From the NCBI GenBank assembly GCA_964016885.1, contig OZ024764.1, forward strand, positions 21,948,001 to 22,012,000: 64,000 nt of DNA, read 5' to 3'. The position numbers and the translations under genes are program-made. The notes below the pieces were generated by a model. The model had not been told where the DNA came from, made no database searches, and saw only the letters and a program-made list of their open reading frames with translations. The DNA comes from Eledone cirrhosa. Its lineage: Eukaryota. Of the stretch, positions 53,040-64,000 are shown one piece after another (positions within the stretch are counted from its first letter, which is position 1; each line of letters starts with the position of its first letter).

Positions 53040-53400
53040 TTGAGGTTGTCGATTAGCAGTTTTTTTAGGAGCTCAGTTGAGCTGACATTATCCTCAATGG
53101 TCACACTACACATCCAGTGGATCATAGCTCTGTCATTTCTTCAGAGTCAATTCAGACAGTCAGATAACATGGCCCAGGTCTCGCTGGCATGAAACAACAC
53201 ACTTCTCTCACAGGTGTTATAAATCTGCCCCATGGTGTCTAATGGTAGCCAGCATGTCTTGAGGATTAGGAGAAGCTGCCTAAACTTGTTACCTGTGGAG
53301 TGGCACAGCACGATGGCAGTGAACTTGGCTCCACTTCCAGCTGACATGTCACGCAGGTAACAGAAAGATGTCACCACATCCAGCTTGTCCTCACCAACAG
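53040..53400 (-). mobile_element. RTE 3' coding fragment (different subfamily)
   Basis: VTSFCYL...LFHASETWAM. Confidence 0.65.
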
Positions 53401-53739
53401 GCCTCTAGTTATAAAGGTTATCATTGACCAACACTGACACCCCTCAGGGTAGACTGAACCAACACTTACACCCCCCCCCAGGGTGGACTGAACCAACACT
53501 AACACCCCTCATGGTGGATTGAACCAACATTTACCACAGGTCTATAAATAACTGTATTACCCTATCATGATACTATAACATTATAAACCTAAAACTCTGT
53601 GATTGTGTCTTGTCTCTAATGTAATACAGCCAAAACTGGGCATAATGGGAAAATAGTTTGAAAGGAAGTTGACCCCGAAATGTGAAAGCTGTACCAGCCA
53701 TGTATAGGGGAGCAGTCAGCAGAGTTAGCATTAGCAATG

Positions 53740-55064
53740 ACTAGAGAGAGGAATTTAGCATACGGGTCAGTGTCCACCAGGGCTCTGTTCTTAGCCCTCT
53801 CCTGTTCATCATAGTTCTGCAGGCAATAACGGAGGAGTTTAAGACCGGATGCCCATGGGAACTCCTGTATGCAGATGACCTCGCACTTATAGCTGACTCT
53901 ATGGTAGAACTAGAGAAGAAATTCCAAACTTGGAAGCAGGGACTAGAAAGAAAGGGTCTCAAAGTCAACCTGACAAAGACTAAGGTCTTTGTAAGTAGAC
54001 GAGAAAGCAGAACCCAGATCCCTCAGGGAAATGGCCTTGCTTAGTATGTGGGAAAGGTGTAGGTAGGAACTCCGTCCTCTGCCCCAAATACAAACAATGG
54101 GTACACAAGATATGTAGCGGGATCTCAGGAAGCTTAATTAAGAATGTAGCATGCTTCACATGTAGCAGTTGTGCTGGGACAGCAAGCAGCAAACAGCCAC
54201 AGGAAATAAGTACCACCAATCTCTGGGAGGGCTCTGTAGAAACAGTAGACAGCTTCTGTTACCTAGGTGACCGAATTAGGAGCGGTGGTGGGTGTTCGGA
54301 AAGTACAATGACTAGGGTAAGAACGGGATGGAAGAAGTTCATGACTGTATGATGCGTGCATACAAACAGCAATGTTGCATGGTAGTGAGACCTGGGTGCT
54401 GAAGGTGGAAGACTTATGCAGATTAGAAAGAAACGAAGCCTGCATGCTCTGTTGGATGTGTAATAGTAATATACGTGAACGGCAAAGCATAAACGAATTG
54501 AGAGAGAGGCTGAGCATAAGAGGAATCAAATGCTGTGTGCAGGAGAGGCGGTTGCGTTGGTATGGACATGTGATGCGTATGAAGGATGACAGCTGCATAA
54601 AAAGGTGCAGAGCACTAGAAGTCGATGGAAGCCATGGAGAGACCCAAGAAGACCTGGGATGAGGTGATAAAAGCCGACCTTACCCAATTACACCTCTCTA
54701 AGGCGATGACACACGACCGTGACCTCTGGCGTCATGCAGTAATACAGAAGACCCGACCACCCCACGGGTACAAGCTGAAGCATATAGACAATATGCCCCC
54801 ACGCCCTCGTGGAGGTACCACGGTAAAAAAGCACCCAGCCCACACTGTAAAGTGGACATGTAGGCACCACGGAAATAAAGCACCCAGCACTCACTGTAAA
54901 TGAGTTTGGTGTTAGGAAGGGCATCCAGCTGTAGAAATCAAGCCAGAATCAGTTCCCTTATGAGCAAGACAAAATCAGCTGACCGGACACTGCCCAAAAC
55001 AGGACAACCTGTCCGACCCATGCTAGCATGGAAGAAGGGACGTAAAACGGTGATGATGATGATG
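53740..55064 (+). mobile_element. 5'-truncated RTE LINE with complete 3' UTR
   Basis: VHQGSVLSPLLF, LLYADD, RRLRWYGHV, RPKKTW, ggaagggcatccagctgtagaa core and (GAT)n tail. Confidence 0.88.
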
Positions 55065-55194
55065 ATATATATATATAGAGAGAGAGCTGGTGGTGTTGTT
55101 GAACGAAATTATTACTTGTGTGTGTGTGTGTGCGTGTGTGTATGAGTGTGTCTGTGACTAGGGTATTAAGGCCACAGACACACACACACATATA

Positions 55195-56045
55195 CAGGGT
55201 GCGGACGATATTTGTTCGCAAGATTACTGTCTAGGAAAAATTAAGACAGTAGTTTTATTTTTTAAGATATATTTATCAAACTTGTGTCAGTTTGTCTTCA
55301 TGACTTGTTCTTTCGATCTCACTCCATAAACCCGCCATTGGCTTTGATGACGGCCTCGGAACCAGCTACAGGCCTTCGTCACTGTCCCCCGACTTAGGCC
55401 CCTAAAGGCACTTGTGATGCTGGCCTTCAGATCGCCTTTCGTATTGCAGCTACATCTGTTGGTGTCTCGTTCCACTGCGCCCCACACAAAGAAGTGGAGG
55501 TGGTTGCAGTCAGGCGAGCTGGGAGGCCAGATGTCAGGTGAAGTGTGGTCGACGAAGTTCTCTGACAGCCAGGCTTGGGTCTTGCTGCCACACGTACAGC
55601 CTACCTGCAGCTACCTGGTCGATCCAGGGCTTTACTACCTCGCTCAGAACGTGGATGTAGCCATCGGTGTTCAGCTTGAGGTCCTCAGGGAAGAAGTGAG
55701 GTGGCTTGACGTCACCTTGACTGCTGATGACACCAAAGACCAATGTTATCGCTGGAAACTTTGTCTGCATGACTCTGGGCAGGTCTTTGGATGAGACAGC
55801 GAGCCACCTGTTGTTCTGGGAGTTGATCTTCTGGTCCTTATTTATCCTCCAGGCGCGGATTCCAAGAGGAACTCTGTCTCTTCCACAAATTTGGAGGTTC
55901 TAAATTATTCATAATCAATTATTCGGAAAATAAATAATGGAAATATAGTCACTGTTTTTATGAAGACAAGAGTGACAACGGAAGTAAAAAAAATTTGCAT
56001 AAAATTAGCAGTTGAAAATTGCGAACAAATATCGTACACACCCTG
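55195..56045 (-). mobile_element. Tc1/mariner (maT/DD37D-like) deletion derivative
   Basis: TA TSD; TIRs cagggtgcggacgatatttgttcgcaa / ttgcgaacaaatatcgtacacaccctg; YVWQQD and WPPSSPDCN motifs. Confidence 0.85.
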
Positions 56046-56244
56046 TATATACACACACACGCATATATATAATTATATATATATGGGCCTAATAATTTCA
56101 TTTTACATTATATACATGTCTGTGTATATTTTAATTATTTAAAAATTATTTTTAAAGGGAACGTGACCCAACAGGTCACAGGTATTCTAGTAAGATTATA
56201 AATACAAACACACAAAAAGATAGAATCTACTCAAACGTTAATAT

Positions 56245-56475
56245 CTCAGACCCCAGTAGATTACTGGAACTTTAATTTATCCACACCGTTAGATTGAAAG
56301 ACAAAGTTAACTTTGGTGGGATTTGAACTCATAACATAAAGGGTTGAAATCCCGCCGAGGTTAGCTTTGCCCTTCATCTTTACGGGGTTGATTTAAGATC
56401 TAATAATAGTTTCTGATTTAGACACAAGGTCGACAATGTTTGGGGGGGAATAAGTTGATTAAATCAAACACAGTT
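56245..56475. mobile_element. Degenerate SINE fragments of the same family as 17025
   Basis: gggatttgaactc and aaatcccgccgagg segments in opposite orientations. Confidence 0.55.
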
Positions 56476-56821
56476 ACTGTGAGATCACTTCTTTGATAGT
56501 TTGTTTAAAAATAACTGATTCACAATTTACGTATGAAAAGTTGACAAAGATTTACAAGTGGTGTTATCAATAAATAGGGCCTTCAAAGTAGCAGGAAACG
56601 ACTAGATTTGTAGATAAAGAAGTGGGAGACAGGATTATCAGAGTTTAAAAGAGCTACACACTTCTCCAGTTGGCTGGGAAATAATTATCTTTCCTTAATT
56701 TTATTTCTCGACCTCTTAGATGTTTGCCATCAACTATTCTTCCTGACAATGGATACCCTAACCCTAATACTGGGGAATAAATCGTCTCCTGCAAGTATCT
56801 AAGGGGTTCAGAGAAAATACT

Positions 56822-56976
56822 CGTGAGGGTACCTGGTTATTTCAGCACCTTAGCCTCACCTGACCGAGGTATCAGGTGCTACCCGTGAGAGTACCTGGTT
56901 ATTTCAGCACCTTAGCCTCACCTTACCGAGGTGTCAGGTGATACCCGTGAGATTACCTGGTTATTTCAACACCTTA
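56822..56976 (+). repeat. 62-bp tandem repeat of the CRE C-terminal segment
   Basis: cgtgagggtacctggttatttcagcaccttagcctcacc x2.5; ~1.6 copies at 12110-12210. Confidence 0.8.
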
Positions 56977-57509
56977 GTAATGCTGCCAGTGTGTTGGCTT
57001 GCCTCAAAGTGTGTAGTTAACCCCTAAGGTGTGAGGTGTGGCCTATTATCACACTTGGTGGTGAATTGCCATCTCCCACTGTGTTTTTCTTTCCTTTATC
57101 ATTATCGTTCAATAAATTATATTATTATACACAGTTTAGACAATATATTTGTAATGTCTTTCTCAAGGAATTGCCAGCAATTTATAATGTTATTTACACA
57201 CTTATGTTATTTATGTATATATTTAAAACATATTTACAACGTTATTCTACTGTAAATTTATACAATTGTAATAAAATATATTAATTATAACATCACATAA
57301 TATAAAAACGACCTTTAGAATATTTAAATATTTAGTTTTGTTAATTTATTTTTCAGCAACAACAAAAGTTTTCACTTTAATTAATTAGAGGTAGGTAAAA
57401 TATAGATAATTACGATAACATTTTATATTTCCAGTAATGAAACAAACAAGAAAATATATATTTGTGATGTGAAAAGTGAGCTTAAATCTAGAATATTAAT
57501 AGACATAAT

Positions 57510-57633
57510 ACTTACATTATAGTCTCAGGTGTTTAGTATTTACAGAAATGTTGTCTAAATGATGTTGTAGGAAGACTAACACGTGGACAGTAAGTCGACA
57601 ACTGCGCATGCTTCAAGGTTTTTTTGTGACGTA
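57510..57633 (-). promoter_or_regulatory. Putative promoter and exon 1 donor of ZNF copy 3
   Basis: Same cluster, but the ETS-like site is changed to CAGTAAGT; donor at 57515-57510; acceptor at 50061. Confidence 0.5.
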
Positions 57634-58732
57634 AAATATTTTTACGGAATTAAATTATGTAAAGTTTGTAATAGAAAAATGAAGTTGAAAACAGTAAATG
57701 TAATTAAAATAGAGAAAGTAAGGTGTTGGTGGTGAGGAATGGACGGTAGACGTTTCACCTCAGTCTAGGTAGTGTATTTTACCTGTGTCACTCGGACAGC
57801 GATGACCACTACACCAACCACTCTCTCCTTCAGGTGGTGTCCACTTTCGTGAGTCTGTAGAATAACAGGGCAGTTGGAAGACAGAGGACAGCAGAGGAGG
57901 TCTTGACTTGAAAAGAGTATCACTTGATACTTCGATATAACCTGTTGGTAGATATAGTAGGGTGCTGGATCAATCGAATACCCTGTAAGATCGGGTAATA
58001 TGGAGGCTAAGTTGCCTGAAAAGCTAAGTACCCTGACAGAGATCACCTGGTATAACTTTTATTTCGTTCGTCTGCAGAAGCAGTGACCCTCACTTTTACT
58101 ACAGCATGTAGGATGTGGGAGGGAGACGAAAACATCACTAACTGGGGTCTCACAAATGTGACAGTTAGTTTTGAAAATACATATACAAGATACAAGATAA
58201 ATGACTAGACTGAAATATATTTGATAGGGAATAAAGAGTAGAATATTCTAGTCTGTGGTGTTGGAGAAGTTTGGAGGAGATAGGTCCCTGACAACGAGGT
58301 TCTTGTTATCGTTGGCAGCTCTCCTTACCGAGGTGTCAGGTGATACATATGAGGGTGTTTGGTAGTTCCAACATCTTAGCCTTGCTATCACTCGAGGTAA
58401 GACTGTCTCAGAAAGTATTAGAGGGAGATTCCGGCACCCCATGTGATGTGATACTGATTGACAGAGTGTTGACTTAATATTTTCATTTGTTGTGATTCTA
58501 TGTGAAATATATCTCTATGTAAGTAACTTGGTTACGTGAATCATTGTGAATCTCGTAAATACTTAAACAGAAATCTACTTAGGACACAAAATAAAGTAGA
58601 TTCCATTGTACAAAGTATTTAAAGTACGTATATCAAAAAGAAGAGGGAATGTAACGAGAGTTGTCTCCCCTTACATATGTAATACAGTAGTGTATGTTTG
58701 TGTTTCTCTCTCTCTCTATATATATATTTTAT

Positions 58733-58945
58733 GATCGACTTTTCGTCAAATCGGACCGAGGAAACAATGTTTCCATTGGTATTTCCAATTGCTAATACTA
58801 TCTATCGGTCGCAACTCCAGGTAGAAGGAGCAACGTGAATAAAGTGTCTTGCTCAAGGACATAACACATCGCCCAGTCTGGGTATCGAACTCACAACCTC
58901 ACAATTCCGAATCCAATTATCTAACCACTCAGCCACACGCCTTCA
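58733..58945 (-). mobile_element. tRNA-derived SINE with A and B boxes
   Basis: TGGCTGAGTGG ... GAGTTCGATACC on the minus strand; partial copy at 24891-24981. Confidence 0.72.
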
Positions 58946-59602
58946 TATATATATATGAAAAAGATCTCGTTTTTTTACAAAAACAATATAAAATAATAGA
59001 AGGTGGAGAAGTTAAAACAGCTCAACATACAGTAATTTATTATAATAAACACTACAAAAGACTGTCTCATACTTCTTTGAAAGATGTTTTCAAACAAACA
59101 CGTGTACAAAATCCTATTGTGTTAAAAGTAATAATTACGTATGAAACAAATTATTCATTAAAGTAATTAGCAAATACGTTTTATATATGGTGTCTAGCAA
59201 GGGGACCCACTCGCCTCACTCCTATTGGTGCTGACAGTTGACAACATGGTCTAGTTACCCCTGTCTGGTACCTAGATGACACAACCCTGGGTGGCCCGGC
59301 TGTGTCAGGTTAAGGCCTCTCTATACCCCAGTATATTACAGTCCAACATAACTGGGATGACATCAATTGTAGGTCTCTTCACACCGGTCACCATCGAGAC
59401 CTCAGAAGTACTTGGACCCCGTACTGCCAAGCTCCTCTGTAAGATCAGAACGTTGGTGGCTCTTCTGAAGAGGGAGCCTCAAGAGATTGGAGTGGCTGTT
59501 GCATGAAATGTAGTCTTTGTCTCATGTGGTGACCTCCTGGTAGTTAATGTAGCAGAACACACTGAAGGACATGCTGCCCTCACTAGTGTTGGTAACCTAC
59601 AT

Positions 59603-61643
59603 CAGACATGTCAAACATGCGGCCCTTTGCAAGCAAACCTGCGGCCCACACAAAGGTTTTTACAGTGCGACCATGTTTCATTTTCGTAATATAAAATTTA
59701 GAACATTTTCGATACAATTGTTTTTTTGGTGCAATTTTTGTCAACTACTTTTAACTTCCATTAATCACGTGCAGCTCATTAACAGAAAACTTTCTTTCAA
59801 AATTTCAAAAGATTTTGTTTTTGAAATGGTTAGTGCTCCTCCAGCTAAGAGAAAAAGGAAATTGAACGAAGAAGGGCAAGTCTTTCAAGAAAAGTGGGAA
59901 TTACAGTATTTTTGCCCAATGGTGAACAGAAAGATACACTGTTTAATTTGCAACAACTACATCTCAACACCAAAAGAGTACAATTTAAAAAGACATTATG
60001 AAACAAACCCTCGATCTTACGATAAATATGAAGGCCCAATGTGTGTTTCAAGACTCAAGGAATTGAAGTCTAACTTGACACAGCAACAGACCTGTTTTAT
60101 GTTAATTCAGGAAGAGGATGTGACTTCTGTTACTGCAAGCTATGAACTCAGTCAAATGATTGCCATGAGTGGGAAATCTTACAGTGAAGGAGATTTTGTA
60201 AAGCAATGTCTTGTAAAAACAGCTGAAATTGTCCAGAGAAAGCAGAGTTATTCAAAGACATTTCATTAACCAGGAACACTGTTGCTGAACAGATTAATGA
60301 AATGTCAGGTGATCTGAAACAACAGTTAAAGGCTGTATCATCATGGTTTGAACATGTTTCTATTGCTATTGAAGAGACTTGACATCACTGGAATAGTACA
60401 GCTTGCATTCTTCATCAGGGCCTGTGACAGGGAATTTAATATTTATGAAAAACTGATTGAACTGGTCCCCATGCATGACACTATAACAAGCCAGGACATC
60501 TTTGAGAAGGTCAAGCAGGGTCTGCATGGTTTTGATCTGGGTAAACTTGCATGTTTATCTACTGACAGTGCTGCAGATATGGTTGGTAGACATAATGGTG
60601 TTGCTGCCAAGTTACAAACAAAAATAGAAAACTCATATCTAGATTCATCATTTGCACATTTTCACTATTATTCATCAGCAAAATTTATGTTCAAAGATTT
60701 TAAAATTGCATCATGTGCTTAGCTTGGTCACAAAGACAGTGAACTAAATCAGAGGCCGTGCTCTCAGCCACCGTCAGTTCAGCCAGTTGTTGGAAGATAT
60801 GGATAATCAGTTCACCGAAGTTCCATTCCACACAGAAGTCTGCTGGTTGACATGTCACAAAGTGCTGAAAAGATTCTATTTGTTGAAATAATTGTTTTTG
60901 GAGATGAAAGGTCAAAACACAGATGAAATAAAAGATGAAAGTTGGCTCCAACATCTGGCTTTTGTTGTGGATATTACTGCACAATTAACTGATCTTAATT
61001 TGAAATTACAAGGTAAAAACAAACCCATCACTCAGTTGTATGATGACATCAAGTTCTTCATTAGAAAACTTCGCTTATGGAAGTCTCCGTTGTCAGATGA
61101 AAATTTAATTCATTTTCTTATGTGCAAAGAGCTGAAAATCACTACCAATACTGAGTCTGTACTTAGCTTAACAAAAACTTCTCAGAGAACAAGGCTGACA
61201 GATCAACACTTGTCATCTCTAATTAAAGTTGGAACTGTACAGACATTTCAGCCAGATATACCAAACATTGTCAACAGAAAGAAGTGTCAAGCCTCAGGAC
61301 AAAACACTAAAAATGGTTGAATAGTAGCAAATAAATGTTCAGTTTTCAACTGTTGTTATTTGTGTACAATGTATTTGTTGCTGTTACAATCTGCAAGTAT
61401 ATGTTGACATGTTAAATTTTAGTTTTTTGTCAAACTACTTCATTACTTTGTATTCATGAATGCTGCTAAAACATTTGTATGTACATTGTATGTTTCTAAA
61501 TTTAAGTAACAAATCTTTCTGCAATATATTTTATTAAATGACTTTAATTAGTTGTTGTGTACATAATTAGTTGTAGTGTGCAACCCTCAGACAACACATG
61601 TGACCTATGTGGCCCTTGGGGAACCCTCAGTTTGTTATGCCTC
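59603..61643 (+). mobile_element. hAT remnant, duplicated copy
   Basis: Same TSD and site, so it was copied with the unit rather than transposed. Confidence 0.88.
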
Positions 61644-62094
61644 ACCTACATGATAAACACACCCAACACAGGCTGTAATGTGGTTGGTCATGTGAAGGAC
61701 ATCTAGCTATAGAAAGCTTGCCCAACAATAGTGTCGGAGAACCCTTCAATCATGACAAAGACATGACAACCTTTTCTGTGCACTCAGTAGCAAATGAGAC
61801 CTTATGTAAATAAGTCTCAGATCCTTGGTCTGTCTGGGAGATCAGTAGCCTCACTTCAGTACTTACTTGGTTGAAGTAGACTCATTAAATCCTTGCTAGC
61901 AGGGAAATCTGATGTTGATTATGTAACCTCAACCTCTTCTTATTAACCCACTTATTCCAGAGAGGGTCTTGGGGGCAGAGTCCTCAAACACTCCCTTCAA
62001 CAGGTCCTTTCAGAAGCAACCCACTCCAACTGATCTGGCTGGATCTCCCAGAGAGACCAGCCAAGCTCATGGATGTTATGTGACCGTCTTGAGG

Positions 62095-62478
62095 TGGTCA
62101 TATAGGAGATATGACAAAAAGCACCCAACCCACACTTTAAAGAACACACAGTCAACATTATAAGGTGGTCATGTAGATGTTACGACAAAAAGTACCCAGC
62201 CCACACTGTAAAGTGGTCATGTAGGTGACAACAAAAAGAACCCAGCCAAAACTTTAAAGAGGTCTTGTAGGTGTCACAACAAAAAGCACCCATTGCAAAC
62301 TGTAAAGTGGTCATGAAGGTGTCACAACAAAAAGTACCCAGTCTACACTATAAAGTGGTTCTGTAGGTGTCACAACAAAAAGTACCCAGTCTACACTATA
62401 AAGTGGTTCTGTAGGTGTCACAACAAAAAGTACCCAGTCTACACTATAAAGTGGTTCTGTAGGTGTCACAACAAAAAG
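62095..62478 (+). repeat. 48-bp minisatellite array, 3' part deleted
   Basis: About 7 units, then an abrupt junction. Confidence 0.82.
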
Positions 62479-63194
62479 GTTCTTCTCTAAAAATATATAA
62501 TTATCTTTTATATTAATGTTAATGATAAAGAATAAATAATATAATAAATATAACACCATAGGTGCTGAGGTGGCTAGCTGCTGGTGTGAGCCTCACGAGA
62601 TGGAATGGCTCTTCCAGCACATCTAGAACAACATGACCCTCTAATATCTAGTATTTAGTAACAAACTAGACCACCCGGGACCTGTTGGGTCACGTTCCCT
62701 TAAAACTATTTTTTTTAAATCATGTTCACTTAAAAATAATTTTCAAATAGTTAAAATATAGACATATATATATATAGACACATATGTATATATATATATA
62801 CACACACATTTTATTAAACATCACCAACAGCTCTCTCTCTCTCTCTTCCCCTTTCCATCCATCTCCTTTTCAATCCACACTCTCACAACCACTATCTCTT
62901 TCTCTCCCTATATTTATCAAGGTACCCAGAAAAGGTATCTTGGGAACTTGTGCTCCAATTTATACAAAACTTGTTTTATTCTTTTCAAAGTATTTCCCCA
63001 TTATGCACTGTTTTAGCTGTATTAAATTAGACAAGACACAATTACAGAGTTTTAGTAGTATATAGATAATATAGCTTCAAATTAAAGTTAGTAAACGACA
63101 GTTTGGAGAAATCTGTAACATTTATTAAACATTGCTCAAGTTTGTCAATTCTATAGCACAATAGTTTGTTAGTTAAAGTGTTTAGTTAGATATT

Positions 63195-63562
63195 CTACAT
63201 ATAAAGAAGAGAGAATACTTTACCACAAATATTACAGTGGTATAATGATTTTCCCATCTCTTCTGGAAAATATTCCTATGTTGATGTAAATATTTCTATT
63301 GTTCATAATTTTATCAAATGTGATCTTTGTCAATATCCAAATATTTTGAAAACTCCTTTGTAATTATCTAAAGTTTAATCAGAATGTAAAATCATCTTGT
63401 AAATATTCCAGACAGTGAAAAAGGAAAATGTTGTTATTTATCTCAATTCAGAAGAAATATTTCACCATAATTCACCACAGACTAAACAAGTTTATATCAC
63501 TTGAATGTAACATCTTTCTGTTGTCTTTAAAAGACTCTTTTCTGTCAAGTTCATGTGATATT
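63195..63562 (-). pseudogene. Decayed ZNF exon, unit 4 copy
   Basis: Paralog of 7451-7817. Confidence 0.72.
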
Positions 63563-64000
63563 CTGAAATAGTAGAGAAACATTATTAAGATATTTAGAAA
63601 ATAGAGATACAACAGTGAAAACTTTACTACATCTCTATATTAATAGATATAAACCTTACATGGTGACACAAACACTGCAACACTAACTTACAGGAAAACA
63701 CCTAGTTACTTGATCTAGTTACTTCAATCAGGTGAAGAGATAAACTAGATTGACTTCATTCTCATCAGAAAACAGGATAGACAGATGGTTGGGAATATTA
63801 ACTCCTTTACTGGAGAAGGACGTACCACTCAACATAGACTAGATACTAGGTGTAATATCTAGAGGGACTGACAGATACAAGACTATCTGGAGATAGAAGG
63901 GTTGGAGAGTAAAAGATCTCCCTGTTAAATATAACATCTACAGGGACTGTGAGAGGTACAAGACAACCCAGAGAAAGAGGTAGGGACAGTAAAACATCTC

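Larger units (their letters stand above)
57883..64000. repeat. Segmental tandem unit 4 (type B, partial)
   Basis: Collinear with 24337-31300; the window ends shortly before the expected ZNF exon. Confidence 0.88.

Noticed and set aside
58860-58945. tRNA gene
   Set aside because: A and B boxes continue into a SINE body; no convincing cloverleaf

Overview
Eukaryotic, AT-rich, repeat-dense DNA. An octopus or other coleoid cephalopod is inferred from the SINE/RTE tails and zinc-finger style; this is not proven. The window is a tandem segmental array of ~18-20 kb units whose equivalent starts lie at 1, 17721, 37713 and 57883. The first three units each carry one minus-strand C2H2 zinc-finger gene (9, 11 and 6+1 fingers) with no visible effector domain; a fourth gene is expected just past the right edge. 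Each gene has a predicted non-coding first exon next to a promoter motif cluster, and a decayed second ZNF exon downstream. The units are filled with transposon remnants: Tigger/pogo, hAT with 8-bp TSD, Tc1/mariner, RTE LINEs, a CRE-like RLE retrotransposon, tRNA-derived SINEs, a MITE and Helitron-like ends. Paralogous empty sites let the insertions be ordered. The most striking single element is a young, 5'-truncated Penelope-like (Neptune-type GIY-YIG) insertion at 38991-44368. It has ~1.7-1.8 kb inverted arms, each carrying an outward-facing minimal hammerhead ribozyme. Coordinates were read by eye and may be off by a few bases.
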